Assembly (NCBI GenBank): GCA_051117635.1
Contig: JBNPEH010000005.1
Span: forward strand, 110,261 to 174,260
From: Opitutales bacterium
Lineage (GTDB): Bacteria; Verrucomicrobiota; Verrucomicrobiia; Opitutales; JABSRG01
Direction: 5' to 3'
DNA: 64,000 nt
Part shown: piece after piece, positions 37,724 through 48,230 of the stretch
Layout: each line of letters begins with the position of its first letter
Numbering within the stretch: the stretch's first letter is position 1
Notes under the pieces: model-generated
Told to the model about the DNA's origin: nothing
Databases searched by the model: none
What the model saw: the letters and a program-made list of their open reading frames with translations, nothing else
Position numbers and translations under genes: made by a program

Positions 37724-38896
37724 TCAGAAACTGCCCTTCAGATCAGCGGATTCGCTCTCGCGCATTTTGCGGGCGGCTTCCTCGGGATCGTAACGGCTGC
37801 CGGTGATCTTTTCCTTGAGCAGGGACTCGAAGCGCTTTGCGTCGATCGGCACCGTCACCTGGTCGTTTTCCCAGGCCGACAACAGCATGCTGTTGCCCAG
37901 CTCGACGCTGTGGATGCCCTCTTCGGCGGGGGCCAGCAGGTCCGCGCCCTGCGTGATGGCGTCCGTGAAGTTCTGGAGAATGGTTTTGTGCCCGCCGCCG
38001 GAGAGCGGCGGAGTGGGAACCTTCACGTCCCAGACGGGCGGCTTGCCGAAGCGCTCGTCGGCTTTGGAAATCCATTGCGAAGTCGGGATCTCGTTGCGCT
38101 TGAACTGGATGCCGTCGGCACCGCCGCCTATCTGGATGATCCCGCGGTCGGTCGCGACTTCGAGCCGGTTGACGCCGGGTGCCTCGCCGGTGGTGGTGAT
38201 GAAGACGCCCGTCGCGCCGGAGTCATATTCCATGTAGGCGGTCACCTCGTCCTCGACCTCGATGTCATGATACTTGCCGAAATGGCAGAAGGCGCGGACG
38301 CGGTCGGGCATGCCGAACATCCACTGCCAGAGATCGAGCTGGTGGGGACACTGGTTGAGCAGGACGCCACCGCCCTCGCCGGCCCAGGTGGCGCGCCAGC
38401 CACCGTGGGCGTAGTAGGCGTCGGTCCGGAACCAGTCCGTAATGGTCCACTGGATACGCTGGATCCGGCCCAGTTCACCGGACTGCACCAGCGAGCGGAT
38501 CTTCTGGTAGGCCCCGTTGGTCCGCTGGTTGAACATGGCGCAAAACACCTTCGACTTGTCGGTATGCGCCGCGATGAGGCGCTCGCAATCGGCCTTGTGC
38601 ACGGAGATCGGCTTCTCTACCAGCGTATGGAGCCCGGCCTGCAGCGCTTCGATGCCGTAGGTGGTGTGCGGGTAGTGCGGGGTCGCGATGATCACCGCGT
38701 CAACTGTGCCGGACCGGATCATCTGGCTGGCGTCGTCGTAGCAGTTGCCGACATCCCTCCAGCGGTCGAGGACCTTGGGGCTGATATCGGCGATCCCCGC
38801 GAGGACTGCGCCCTTGATTTCGCCGTTCTGGAGAAGCCTGGCGTGATTGCCGCCCATGCCGCCCGCGCCGATGATGCCGATTCTGACTGTTTCCAT
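37724..38896 (-). CDS. Gfo/Idh/MocA-family oxidoreductase
   Basis: 390 aa: METVRIGIIGAGGMGGNHARLL...VDAVIIATPHYPHTTYGIEALQAGLHTLVEKP. Confidence 0.85.
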   Translation of the reverse strand: METVRIGIIGAGGMGGNHARLLQNGEIKGAVLAGIADISPKVLDRWRDVGNCYDDASQMIRSGTVDAVIIATPHYPHTTYGIEALQAGLHTLVEKPISVHKADCERLIAAHTDKSKVFCAMFNQRTNGAYQKIRSLVQSGELGRIQRIQWTITDWFRTDAYYAHGGWRATWAGEGGGVLLNQCPHQLDLWQWMFGMPDRVRAFCHFGKYHDIEVEDEVTAYMEYDSGATGVFITTTGEAPGVNRLEVATDRGIIQIGGGADGIQFKRNEIPTSQWISKADERFGKPPVWDVKVPTPPLSGGGHKTILQNFTDAITQGADLLAPAEEGIHSVELGNSMLLSAWENDQVTVPIDAKRFESLLKEKITGSRYDPEEAARKMRESESADLKGSF

Positions 38897-38935
38897 AATC
38901 TGATCCGATAAGTGATAGGGTTAAAATAACCGGGA

Positions 38936-40174
38936 TTACCAGGCCATTGCGGCCAGGCGCCGCGCGACCGTTTCAACGTTCTGCCGGCTGTTGAAGGCTG
39001 AGATGCGGAAGAAGCCTTCCCCCGCGCCGCCGAACCCGGCGCCGGGCGTGATGACCACCCGGGCCTCTTCCAACAGGCGATCGAAGACCGTCCAGCTGTC
39101 GACGCCTTCCGGGCAGGCGACCCAGACATACGGGGCATTGGTACCGCCGTAGACCGCCAGACCGAGTTGCTCGCAGGCCTCAATGAGCCGGGCGGCATTC
39201 CCCATGTAGTGGTCGATGAGGGCGGCGACCTGGGCCTTGCCCGCCTCCGTGTAAAGGCCCTCCGCCCCGCGCTGCACGATGTAACTGGCGCCATTGAATT
39301 TGGTGCTCATGCGACGCGACCAGAGCGGGTGCAGCTGTTGATCTTTGCCCTCGACCGTCGTTCCGGTCAGGTCCTTCGGCACCACAGTAAAGGCACAGCG
39401 GACGCCGGTGAAGCCGCCGCTTTTTGAGAAGCTCTTGAACTCGATGGCGCATTCACGTGCGCCCTCGATCTCGTAGATGCTATGCGGCACCTCGGGGTCG
39501 CGGATAAACGCCTCGTAGGCGGCATCGTACAGGATGATGGTCCCGTGCTCGCGTGCGTAGGCCACCCAGGCCTCCAGCTGCTCGCGGGTGGCGGCGGCTC
39601 CGGTCGGGTTGTTCGGATAGCACAGGTAGACGATATCCACTGGCTGGTCCGGGATGGCTGGCACGAACCCGTTTGCGGTAGAACAGGGCAGGTAGATGAG
39701 GCCCTCATAACCGCCGCCTTCCCGGGCCGGCCCGGTGTTGCCGGCCATGACGTTGGTGTCGACGTAAACCGGATACACCGGATCCGTGATGGCGATCCGG
39801 TTACCCGGCCCGAAGATATCCAGGATATTGCCGGTATCGCACTTCGAGCCATCGGAGACAAAGATCTCGTCTGCGGCCACCCGCATGCCGCGGTCCGCAT
39901 AGTCGTGCTTCGCGATGGCTTCCCGGAGGAAGGCGTAGCCCTGCTCGGGACCGTAGCCGTGGAACTGTTCCCGGTTACCCAGCTCGTCAACGGCTCGGTG
40001 CATGGCCTCGCGCGCAGCCTCGGGCACCGGTTCAGTCACGTCGCCGATGCCGCACCTGATAACCTCGGCGGCGAGGTCGGGATGCGCTTCGGTGAAAGTC
40101 GCGACCCGGCGGGCGATTTCCGGAAAGAGGTATCCGGCCTTCAGTTTCAGGTAATTGTCATTGATGCGAGCCAT
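38936..40174 (-). CDS. dapL: LL-diaminopimelate aminotransferase
   Basis: ATG at 40174 inside track ORF 38936..40300(-): [58 protein letters not shown]...[19 protein letters not shown]. Confidence 0.88.
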   Translation of the reverse strand: MARINDNYLKLKAGYLFPEIARRVATFTEAHPDLAAEVIRCGIGDVTEPVPEAAREAMHRAVDELGNREQFHGYGPEQGYAFLREAIAKHDYADRGMRVAADEIFVSDGSKCDTGNILDIFGPGNRIAITDPVYPVYVDTNVMAGNTGPAREGGGYEGLIYLPCSTANGFVPAIPDQPVDIVYLCYPNNPTGAAATREQLEAWVAYAREHGTIILYDAAYEAFIRDPEVPHSIYEIEGARECAIEFKSFSKSGGFTGVRCAFTVVPKDLTGTTVEGKDQQLHPLWSRRMSTKFNGASYIVQRGAEGLYTEAGKAQVAALIDHYMGNAARLIEACEQLGLAVYGGTNAPYVWVACPEGVDSWTVFDRLLEEARVVITPGAGFGGAGEGFFRISAFNSRQNVETVARRLAAMAW

Positions 40175-40196
40175 GGAAAGGAGCGATGGAGGAAAG

Positions 40197-41618
40197 TCAG
40201 GCTTCGGCAACCCCCGGGATGCCGAAATAGCGCACGGCGTTGTTGTAGCAGATATCCTCAACCATCCGGCCGACCAAGCCGTAATCCTCCGGAATTTCAC
40301 CGTTTTCGATATCCCGTCCGAGCAGGTTGCAGAGGACCCGCCGGAAGTATTCGTGCCTCGGATACGACAGGAAACTCCGGGAGTCCGTCAGCATGCCGAC
40401 GAAGCGGGCGAGGAGGCCCAGATTGCCGAGGGCGTTCATCTGCCACTCCATGGCATCCTTCTGGTCGAGGAACCACCAACCACTGCCGAGCTGGAGTTTG
40501 CCGGGGGTTTTCCCGTCCTGAAAATTCCCCAGCATCGTCGCAAACTGGTAGTAGTCGTTGACGTTGTGGTTGTAGAGGACGGTCTTTGGCAGGCGTTCGT
40601 CGATATCGAGGCTGTCGAGGAAGCGGCTCAGCTTGCGCGCCTGGGGAAAGTCGGCCATGGAGTCGAAGCCGGTATCGGGCCCCAGTTCCCGGAAGCGGCG
40701 CGTGTTGTTGTTACGCATGGCGCCGAGGTGAAGTTGCATCGTCCAGCCGCGGGCGGCATCCCAGCGGCCCACCTCGCGCATGACCCAGAAACCGAAGGCT
40801 TCCTGCTCATCGGGCGTAGCGGGTTCGCCCCGGCGTGCCCGGGCAAAGATCGCGGCCACGCTGGCCTCGTCGGTCTCGCAAAAGTAAGCACGTTCGAGTC
40901 CGTGATCGGAGAGCCGGGCGCCAACCTCGTGGAAAAAGGCATGTCGTTCTTCCAGCGCGCCGAGAAAGGCCTCCAGATCGGGCAGCTCGCGACCGACGGC
41001 CTTTTCCAGCCCGGCGACCCAGTTGTTGAAGGCCTCCGGATCCTCGACCTTGAGCCCCTTGTCCGGGCGATAGGTCGGCACCATGCGGGTGGCCAGCCCG
41101 TGATCTGCCCGGGCGAAGGCCTGGTGGTGTTCGAGCGAATCGGTCGGATCGTCGGTCGTCCCGATGACCCGGACATCGAACTGTTTCAGGATGCCGTGGG
41201 CGGAAAAATCATCCTCTTTCAGTTTCGCGTTGGCGGTGTCCCAGATTTCCTTCGCCGTGTCCCCGTTAACCGGCAGATCGAGGTCGAAATAGCGCTTCAG
41301 TTCGATGTGGCTCCAATGATAGAGCGGATTCTTGAGCGTGTAGGGGACGGTTTTGCAGTAGGCGAGGTGCTTTTCCCAGGGATCGGCGTCTCCGGTGCAG
41401 TAGGCTTCGTCGACTCCGTTGCTGCGCATGGCGCGCCACTTGTAATGATCGCCCTCGAGCCAGATCTCGAAGAGGTTATTGAACCGGCGGTTAGCGGCCA
41501 CGTCGGCGGGCGGCAGGTGGCAATGGTAATCGAAAATCGGCCGGGGTGCGGCGTGGTCGTGGTAGAGCCGCCGAGCCGGCCTGGAGGTCAGAAGAAAGTC
41601 GTCGTGGATGAAGGCCAT
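40197..41618 (-). CDS. uxaC: Glucuronate isomerase
   Basis: ATG at 41618 inside track ORF 40197..41714(-): [69 protein letters not shown]. Confidence 0.93.
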   Translation of the reverse strand: MAFIHDDFLLTSRPARRLYHDHAAPRPIFDYHCHLPPADVAANRRFNNLFEIWLEGDHYKWRAMRSNGVDEAYCTGDADPWEKHLAYCKTVPYTLKNPLYHWSHIELKRYFDLDLPVNGDTAKEIWDTANAKLKEDDFSAHGILKQFDVRVIGTTDDPTDSLEHHQAFARADHGLATRMVPTYRPDKGLKVEDPEAFNNWVAGLEKAVGRELPDLEAFLGALEERHAFFHEVGARLSDHGLERAYFCETDEASVAAIFARARRGEPATPDEQEAFGFWVMREVGRWDAARGWTMQLHLGAMRNNNTRRFRELGPDTGFDSMADFPQARKLSRFLDSLDIDERLPKTVLYNHNVNDYYQFATMLGNFQDGKTPGKLQLGSGWWFLDQKDAMEWQMNALGNLGLLARFVGMLTDSRSFLSYPRHEYFRRVLCNLLGRDIENGEIPEDYGLVGRMVEDICYNNAVRYFGIPGVAEA

Positions 41619-41730
41619 GGTGGAGGGGTTGAGGATTTCAGGGGTTGTCCGGAGGCTTGTCCACCCCCGAGCTGGATTTGCCGTTGCACGGCCTGAAGGC
41701 GGAGGGAGCAGCACGCGCTTGCGCCACTGG

Positions 41731-42675
41731 ATGGAAGACCTTCAGGTTACGGCCATGCCAACGAGTGACCAGGGGTCGGAGAGACGGGGTTCGCGGGGGC
41801 GGCGCAAGCATCGCCGCATAAAAATCAAACAGGAGCCCTGGTACCGTCGATTCGGTCGCGGTCTGCACCGGAACCGGGCGCTTGTTCTGGCGGGGGTGAT
41901 GGTGGCGGTCATCCTGGCGGCCACCTGGTGGTTCATCCTCCCACGCTACTTTGAAACGGTGTCGGACCAGCGGGAAAGCACCACCCTCGCCGACGTGGTC
42001 ACGCAGTACATGCAATCCCTGGGAGGCATCGAAACGATCCGCGGCATTCAAACCCTTCGTTTTTCGGGGACGATGGACCGCGGCGATGCCACCTACCAGT
42101 TTGCCCTTTTCAAACGACGGCCGAACCTGATCCGCTCGCTTTACTATGTCGAGGGCTACCGGGTGGTCACCGCCTATGACGGGGAAACGCCCTGGATGCA
42201 GGTGGAGGACTCCGAGCGGGGGCTGCGGCAGGCGCGTATCTGGGAGGGTCCGGAGGCCGCCCAGCTGGTAGCCGAAAGCGCGTTCGACAGCCCGCTGGTC
42301 CGGCCGCAGGGAGATCTCAAAGGACTCAGCCTGATGGCCCCCACTTTGCTGACTGGCCAACCGGTTCACCGCGTTCGTTACGAAAAGCCGCACCCCACCC
42401 GGACGGACGAGACGTATCCGGTAATCTACTACCTGGACCGGGAAACCCTGGAGGAGCGCCTGATCGTCGAACAGCGGGACGGGGTCACCTACCGGACCCA
42501 GAACGAGGATTTCCGAACAGTTGCCGGCGCCCGGCTGCCACACCGGATCACCCGGATCCGGGCTGGCGAGATCATCTGGCAGGTCAATCTCGAAAAAATC
42601 GAAGCCAACGTCGGCGTACCCACCTCGTTTTTCGCGGTACCGCCCGACGCCGAGCCGGCCGCCCCCGACAGCTGA
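41731..42675 (+). CDS. Membrane-anchored LolA-fold-like (outer-membrane lipoprotein-sorting-type) hypothetical protein
   Basis: Inside track ORF 41608..42675. It has a basic N-terminus, a TM (ALVLAGVMVAVILAATWWFIL) and a beta-rich domain (IQTLRFSGTMDRGDATYQFALFKRRPNLIRSLYYVEGYRVVTAYDGETPWMQ). The start (41731 or 41755) is uncertain. Confidence 0.55.
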   Translation: MEDLQVTAMPTSDQGSERRGSRGRRKHRRIKIKQEPWYRRFGRGLHRNRALVLAGVMVAVILAATWWFILPRYFETVSDQRESTTLADVVTQYMQSLGGIETIRGIQTLRFSGTMDRGDATYQFALFKRRPNLIRSLYYVEGYRVVTAYDGETPWMQVEDSERGLRQARIWEGPEAAQLVAESAFDSPLVRPQGDLKGLSLMAPTLLTGQPVHRVRYEKPHPTRTDETYPVIYYLDRETLEERLIVEQRDGVTYRTQNEDFRTVAGARLPHRITRIRAGEIIWQVNLEKIEANVGVPTSFFAVPPDAEPAAPDS

Positions 42676-42703
42676 ATCCTCGCTGTGGACAGGCAGGCGC
42701 ACG

Positions 42704-43483
42704 TCAGATGGTCATGGAGGCGTAACCGCCGTCGACCACGAGCTCGGCTCCGGTCATGAAACCGCTGGCCCGCTCGCTGGCCAGCAACAGGGTCGCCCCG
42801 ACCAGCTCGTCCGCTTCGCCGAAGCGGTTCATCGGCGTGTGGCCCATGATGGCCGCGACGCGTTCCCCGGTCAGCACCTTGCGGTTCTGTTCGGCCGGGA
42901 AAAAGCCCGGCACGAGGGTGTTTACCCGGACCCGGTCGGTGGCCCACTCCCGGGCCAGGTTCTTGGACAGGTTGTGGACCGCGGCTTTCGAAGCCGAGTA
43001 GGTAAAAACACGCGACAGCGGAATCAGGCCGCTCATGGAGCCGACATTGATGATGCTGCCGCCCTTGCCGGCCTCGACCATGCTCCGGCCGAAAACCTGG
43101 CAGGCGAGGAAGAGCCCCTTGAGGTTCACGGCGATGATCTTGTCGAACTCGTCCTCCTCGATCTCGAAAAAAGGTGTGGGGGAATTCACGCCGGCGCCGT
43201 TGACCAGGACATCGACCGTGCCGAACCGATCGATCACGCGGTCACGGAGGCGTTCCAGCGCGGCCTTGTCGCCGACGTCGCAGGCTTCGAAGACGGCGGA
43301 ACCGCCAACCGCTTCGATGGCATCGATCCGCGTTTGGGCCTTTTCGGCGTTTCGCCCGACGAGGACGACGGTAGCCCCGGCGCAGGCGAGCCCCTGGGCC
43401 ATGGCGCCGCACAGTTCCCCGGTTCCGCCGATCACCACGGCGGTCCGGTCTTTCAGGGAGAACAGTTCTTCCAGATAACTCAT
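42704..43483 (-). CDS. SDR-family oxidoreductase (UxuB/KduD-like sugar-acid reductase candidate)
   Basis: 259 aa. It has the cofactor motif [16 protein letters not shown] and the catalytic motif [13 protein letters not shown]. Confidence 0.85.
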   Translation of the reverse strand: MSYLEELFSLKDRTAVVIGGTGELCGAMAQGLACAGATVVLVGRNAEKAQTRIDAIEAVGGSAVFEACDVGDKAALERLRDRVIDRFGTVDVLVNGAGVNSPTPFFEIEEDEFDKIIAVNLKGLFLACQVFGRSMVEAGKGGSIINVGSMSGLIPLSRVFTYSASKAAVHNLSKNLAREWATDRVRVNTLVPGFFPAEQNRKVLTGERVAAIMGHTPMNRFGEADELVGATLLLASERASGFMTGAELVVDGGYASMTI

Positions 43484-43547
43484 GATAAAAACAACCGCAA
43501 AGCCGCCAAGGGCGCTAAGGGTATGAAGAAGGAAATCAATTCGGTTT

Positions 43548-43829
43548 AACCACGAAGTTCACGAAGGCCTCGAAGTCGATTAGTTTACGAAGCGGCGAAG
43601 TCCATCTTTCAAACGGTTAGAGTGAAAATTGATCAGGAAAGCCACGCGGTATCCGGAGAGCTTCAGGTAGCTGATAACCTGTGCCTCATAGGCTGATTCC
43701 AACAAGCCGGGCCCCAGATGCGTGTGCACTTCGAAGGCAGCATCCAGAATAACCCGGGCTATTCTTTCCGTTTCACAATCGAGATTCAATAGTCCCTCCC
43801 CCTTTGTGTCCTTCGTGTCCTTTGTGGTT
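43548..43829 (-). mobile_element. TIR-bounded mini-element carrying an internally deleted GxxExxY gene
   Basis: The left end 43548-43576 (AACCACGAAGTTCACGAAGGCCTCGAAGT) matches the reverse complement of 43801-43829 (AACCACAAAGGACACGAAGGACACAAAGG) at 22 of 29 positions by my hand alignment. Confidence 0.5.
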
Positions 43830-43834
43830 ACCAA
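43580..43834 (-). pseudogene. Internally deleted GxxExxY / PD-(D/E)xK protein remnant
   Basis: 84 codons from a TTG start: VTTKDTKDTKGE...ARVILDAAFEVHTHLGPGLLESAYEA joined directly to QVISYLKLSGYRVAFLINFHSNRLKDGLRRFVN. The GxxExxY motif and the C-terminal tail are kept. The central catalytic core, about 60 aa, is absent. Confidence 0.6.
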
Positions 43835-43838
43835 TTCT

Positions 43839-44936
43839 TTAACGTACGACGCGGGCGGAGCCGCCGCCTTTGAGTTTTTCGACTTCCTTGAGCGTGGCCA
43901 TGGACGTGTCGCCGGGGGTGGTCATGGCGAGCGCACCGTGGGCCGCTCCGTAGTCCACCGCTTCCTGCGGGTCGCCGGTGGCCAGCATGCCGTAGATGAA
44001 GCCGCTGGCGAAGCTGTCACCGCCGCCCACCCGGTCGAGGATTTCGAGCTTCGGGTATTCCCGAGCCTGATGGAAAGCGCCGTCGTGCCAGCAGATGGCA
44101 CCCCAGTCGTTGACCGTCGCGGTGTGGACCTGCCGCAGCGTGGTGGCCGTGGCCTGGAAGTTGGGGTAGGCGGCGACCGCGCGTTCGATCATCGCCTTGA
44201 AGGCGTCGACCTCGATGTTGGAGATGTTTTCATCCATCCCCTCCACCTCGAAACCGAGGCAGGCGGTAAAATCCTCCTCGTTGCCGATCATGACATCGAC
44301 CGACTGGGCGATCTCCCGGTTGACCGCCTGCGCCTTTTTCTGGCCGCCGATCGATTTCCAGAGCGACGGCCGGTAATTGAGGTCGTAGGACACGATGGTC
44401 CCGTGCTTCCGGGCGGCCTGCACCGCCTCGAGACAGACGTCCGCCGCCGACTCGCTGAGCGCGGCGAAGATGCCTCCGGTGTGAAACCAGCGCGCGCCGC
44501 AGGTGCCGAAAATGTGATCCCAGTCGATGTCGCCCGGCTTCAGCTGGCTGGTGGCGGTCAGCCCGCGGTCCGGGCAGCCCACCGCGCCGCGTACGCCGAA
44601 ACCACGCTCGGTGAAATTGAGGCCGTTGCGGACCGTCCGGCCGAGGCCATCGTAGGGCACCCAGCGGATGAAGCGGGTATCCACCCCACCCTGCAGGATA
44701 AAATCCTCGATCAGGCGCCCCACCTCGTTGTCGGCAAAGGCGGTGACCACCGCAGTCGGCAGACCGAAACAGCGTCGGAGGCCGCGAGTGACGTTGTACT
44801 CGCCACCGCCCTCCCAGGCGGTGAACTGCCGTGCGGTGCGGACCCGGCCCTCCCCGGGATCCAGCCGCAGCATGATTTCACCCAACGAGACGCAAGCGTA
44901 TTGGCATTCCTTTTCGGGTCGGAGATCGATGGCCAT
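43839..44936 (-). CDS. kdgK: PfkB-family sugar kinase, probable 2-dehydro-3-deoxygluconokinase
   Basis: 365 aa. It has PfkB signatures (...VGGGDSFASGFIYG...) and sits in a hexuronate context. Confidence 0.75.
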   Translation of the reverse strand: MAIDLRPEKECQYACVSLGEIMLRLDPGEGRVRTARQFTAWEGGGEYNVTRGLRRCFGLPTAVVTAFADNEVGRLIEDFILQGGVDTRFIRWVPYDGLGRTVRNGLNFTERGFGVRGAVGCPDRGLTATSQLKPGDIDWDHIFGTCGARWFHTGGIFAALSESAADVCLEAVQAARKHGTIVSYDLNYRPSLWKSIGGQKKAQAVNREIAQSVDVMIGNEEDFTACLGFEVEGMDENISNIEVDAFKAMIERAVAAYPNFQATATTLRQVHTATVNDWGAICWHDGAFHQAREYPKLEILDRVGGGDSFASGFIYGMLATGDPQEAVDYGAAHGALAMTTPGDTSMATLKEVEKLKGGGSARVVR

Positions 44937-44966
44937 AGGATAGTCGGTAGTTGGTAGGGGTGTTTG

Positions 44967-46079
44967 TCAGGAGGAAAAAACGGGAAAAGCGTCGGGCTCC
45001 CAGCGTTGGGAGCCGATCTCGACGGCAATCTCATCGAAGGCCTTCACTTCGGCGGTGGAAAAGAGCAGGCCCCCGGCGGCCTCGGACCGCTTTGCCGCCT
45101 CGGCCTCGATCTGCCCGGGCAGCAAACAACCTTCATTACCGTGACCGAGGATGTCCTCGATGACGGCCCGGACGTTGGCCGCCTGATCACGGCCGCAGGC
45201 GAAGGCGCCTCCGTTCAGCGCATCAGGGTGGATCACCTGAAAGAAAAAGCTCGGCGTGTACTTTTCGCCCTCGGGCGCGTGTTCCCCCGCTTTCGGCCAA
45301 CGGCTGCGGCGGGTCGGGAGCGAGCCCCCGATCAACGCGCCGACCAGCTCGTTGATCAGGCTGAGGCCGTAGCCCTTGTGCGCGCCGAAGGGCAACAGGG
45401 CTACGGCTTTCGCCGCATCTGCAGTCGGGTTGCCCTCGGCATCGACCGCCGCGTTCGGCGGCAGCGGCTGCCCCTCCCGGGCCAGTTGCTGGACCCGGCC
45501 CATCGCCACCACGCTGGTCGCCCAGTCGATGACCACCGGGAAGCCGATCGCCTCCCGGGTGGGAAAAGCCCAGCTGTGCGGGTTGGTGCCCAGCGTCGGA
45601 TACCGGCCCTGAAAGGGCACGACTTCCGCCAGCGCGGCGGTGCAGTTTGTGTAGGCGATGTAGCCCCGGTTGGCCGCCTCCATCACATAACCGCCGCCCC
45701 AGAGGTAATGGAAGGCGTTGTCGACGCTGACCATGCCGACGCCGTACCGGTCGGCCAGCTCGATGCAGCGGTCCATCGCCGCGTAGGCGGTCGCCTGGCC
45801 GAGCTTGCGGTTGGCATTCCAGACCTCGGTCGCCGCGAACCGGCTGTTGAGCGTCTCGATATCCGCGCCGGGGCGGCAGCCGCCCGCATGGCTGCCGAAG
45901 AGGTGGTCGAGGTGCAGCGCCTTGAGCGCGTTGTGGGTCCGGATGCCGTGGCGCGCCGCGTGGGCGGAGAACCGGGCGGCGGCCGCCGCTTCGTCCTCGG
46001 TGTATCCGCGGTCGCGATACGCCGCTGCGACCAGACGGTTGTGGGTATCCTCGGGAACGATGTGAAAGGTCTCGGCCAT
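44967..46079 (-). CDS. Ldh_2-family (malate/L-lactate/sulfolactate-type) oxidoreductase
   Basis: 370 aa: ...NAFHYLWGGGYVMEAANRGYIAYTNCTAALAEVVPFQGRYPTLGTNPHSWAFP...FGAHKGYGLSLINELVG. Confidence 0.85.
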   Translation of the reverse strand: MAETFHIVPEDTHNRLVAAAYRDRGYTEDEAAAAARFSAHAARHGIRTHNALKALHLDHLFGSHAGGCRPGADIETLNSRFAATEVWNANRKLGQATAYAAMDRCIELADRYGVGMVSVDNAFHYLWGGGYVMEAANRGYIAYTNCTAALAEVVPFQGRYPTLGTNPHSWAFPTREAIGFPVVIDWATSVVAMGRVQQLAREGQPLPPNAAVDAEGNPTADAAKAVALLPFGAHKGYGLSLINELVGALIGGSLPTRRSRWPKAGEHAPEGEKYTPSFFFQVIHPDALNGGAFACGRDQAANVRAVIEDILGHGNEGCLLPGQIEAEAAKRSEAAGGLLFSTAEVKAFDEIAVEIGSQRWEPDAFPVFSS

Positions 46080-46101
46080 GGGATGGAGTCAGGAAAGAGG
46101 C

Positions 46102-47076
46102 TCAGGCTCCGGGCAGGGGGGCGTTGTTGGCCTGGGCCAGCGGCTTTCTGCCCTGCAGCGCCAGGATCAGGTTGCGGGCGGCCATGCCGGCCTGCCGCTG
46201 GACGGATTCGAAGGTCCGCGAGCCGATGTGCGGCGTGATCAGGCAGCGGGGCGCGCGCAGCAGCGGGTGGTCGGTGCGGGGCGGCTCCTCGTCCAGGACA
46301 TCGGCGCCGTAGCCCCCGACCTTGCCCGACTGCAAGGCCTCGACCATGGCGGCGGTTTCCACCAGTTCGCCCCGGGCGCAGTTCAGGATGATAACACCGT
46401 CCTTCATCCGGTCGATGGACCGGGCATTGATCATGCCGCGGGTCTCGTCGGACAGATTCGTGTGGAGCGACACCACGTCCGCCGTGGACAGCACCGCTTC
46501 AATCGAAGGGGCTTTCCGGATCTTGTGCAGGACCTCGAAGGATTTGTCCCAGTACAAGTCGAAGGCGATGACATCCATCCCGAAGCCTTTCGCACGGGTG
46601 GCGACCTCCTTGCCGATGCGGCCAAGCCCCACGACACCGATCGTCTTACCCATGATCTCGTGCCCGGTGAGGCGCTTCCACTCGCCGTTGCGCGTATGAT
46701 TGACCTCCTCCACCAGTTGCCGGTTCAAGGCCAGGAGTAGAGCGAAGGTGTGCTCGGCGACCGTGGTGTGGTTCACCCCCGGGCAGAAGGTGATGGGTAT
46801 GCCCCTGGCGGTCGCATACGGCACGTCGATCTTATCCAGGCCGATGCCGTACTTGGAAATGACTTTCAGCCGCGGCAGCGCCTTGTCGATCACGCCGGGC
46901 GTGATGGCGTCATCACCGCACAGGAAGGCGTCGATCTCGCCGACACGTTCCAGCATCTGAGCCTCGGTCAGCGGTCCGCGCTCGCGAACCAGGTCGAAGC
47001 CCGCTTCCTCCAGCAGGGCGTGGTGGGGACCAGGCGTATCCTGGAACGACGTAGTGGTGAGCAGTACGCGAGTCAT
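46102..47076 (-). CDS. D-isomer-specific 2-hydroxyacid dehydrogenase
   Basis: 324 aa. It has the NAD motif GVVGLGRIGKEVATRA and the catalytic region ...LNCARGELV...ITPHIGS. Confidence 0.88.
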   Translation of the reverse strand: MTRVLLTTTSFQDTPGPHHALLEEAGFDLVRERGPLTEAQMLERVGEIDAFLCGDDAITPGVIDKALPRLKVISKYGIGLDKIDVPYATARGIPITFCPGVNHTTVAEHTFALLLALNRQLVEEVNHTRNGEWKRLTGHEIMGKTIGVVGLGRIGKEVATRAKGFGMDVIAFDLYWDKSFEVLHKIRKAPSIEAVLSTADVVSLHTNLSDETRGMINARSIDRMKDGVIILNCARGELVETAAMVEALQSGKVGGYGADVLDEEPPRTDHPLLRAPRCLITPHIGSRTFESVQRQAGMAARNLILALQGRKPLAQANNAPLPGA

Positions 47077-47109
47077 GGAAAGAAGCAGACGGGCTCAAAG
47101 GAAACGAAC

Positions 47110-47124
47110 TCAAACACGTGTTGG
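47110..47124. promoter_or_regulatory. Candidate LacI-family operator (TCAAACACGTGTTGG) upstream of the 2-hydroxyacid DH operon
   Basis: It has the palindromic core AACACGTGTT with a central CG. It lies 34-48 nt upstream of the ATG at 47076. A near-identical copy lies at 48231-48244. Confidence 0.5.
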
Positions 47125-48225
47125 CGGAAGGTCAAGGGTACCCGCCGCCACCGGTTCGCGGGGTGCGGTTCCCGTCGAGGCGCGGGGTTTGAGCCTGGGT
47201 TCGATCCGGAGCGGCCCGGCCGGCTCCGCAGGAGCAGCCCCCTGTTCGAAACCGGACATCAGGAGCGTGACGGTCCGCGCCATCTGGGTATCCACCTGCT
47301 GGTCGATCGTGGTGAGGGTCGGTCGGGAGAAGGCACCGACATCGAGGTTGTCGAAACCGGTCACGGACCGGTCGGCAGGCACCTGCAGGCCGGCCGCTTC
47401 GAGGCGCTTGATCGCACCCAAGGCCACCCGGTCGTTCAGGCAAAGCCAGGCGGAGGCGGGTTCCCGCGCCAGGAGTGCCTGCTCCGCCAGACGCCAGCCG
47501 TAGCCATAGTCCTGGACCGGCGGCCCGGGCTCGGCATAGGCGCCGAAGGCCGTTTTCCCGGACAGGCCGAGCGAGCGGGTGGCGCGGCGCAGGCCCTCTA
47601 TCCGCTCACGGCCGTAGGGACTCTCCGCATTGATCCCCAGGAGAGCGAAACGCCGATGGCCGAGATTATGCAGATGGCGCATGAGCAGCGGCATGGCGGC
47701 CCGCCTATCGAGGGTGACCTCCGGGAACGGCAGCCCGGTGTGGGCGGGATCCACCAGCAACACGGCGGGGCGCGCAGCGGCCAGTTCCCGAACGAGGGCG
47801 TGGTCGGCCGTCAATGTGCTGCCGACCAGCACCACACCATCCACCTGCAGGTTGAAAAAACTCTGGATCACCCGCTCCTCCTCGTCCGAACGGCCACCCG
47901 TCAACTCGATGACCGCCTGGTAACCGGCCGCGCGCAAACGCGTTTGCAGCGCCATGACCTTTTTCACCAGAACCGGCGTTTCCAGTTCCTGAAAGACCAC
48001 ACCGATCATCCGCGTCCGCCCGCCGCGCAGGCCGCGCGCCATCGGGTTCGGCGCAAAACCCAGCTCGGCCATGGCGGCTTCCACCCGCTGGCGCGTCGAA
48101 GCCTTCACCCCGGGGTGACCGTTCAGCACACGGGAAATCGTCCACCGGCTCAACCCGAGGTGATCGGCCAGCGCACGCGTCGTGTCGATCCGCCCGCCAC
48201 CCGGCTTTTGGTTTGACACGGCCAT
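47110..48225 (-). CDS. LacI-family transcriptional regulator
   Basis: ATG at 48225 inside track ORF 47110..48258(-). It has an HTH (TTRALADHLGLSRWTISRVLNGHPGVKASTRQRVEAAMAELGFAPNPMARGLRGG) plus a periplasmic-binding-protein-like sugar-binding domain. Confidence 0.9.
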   Translation of the reverse strand: MAVSNQKPGGGRIDTTRALADHLGLSRWTISRVLNGHPGVKASTRQRVEAAMAELGFAPNPMARGLRGGRTRMIGVVFQELETPVLVKKVMALQTRLRAAGYQAVIELTGGRSDEEERVIQSFFNLQVDGVVLVGSTLTADHALVRELAAARPAVLLVDPAHTGLPFPEVTLDRRAAMPLLMRHLHNLGHRRFALLGINAESPYGRERIEGLRRATRSLGLSGKTAFGAYAEPGPPVQDYGYGWRLAEQALLAREPASAWLCLNDRVALGAIKRLEAAGLQVPADRSVTGFDNLDVGAFSRPTLTTIDQQVDTQMARTVTLLMSGFEQGAAPAEPAGPLRIEPRLKPRASTGTAPREPVAAGTLDLPPTRV

Positions 48226-48230
48226 GAAGC

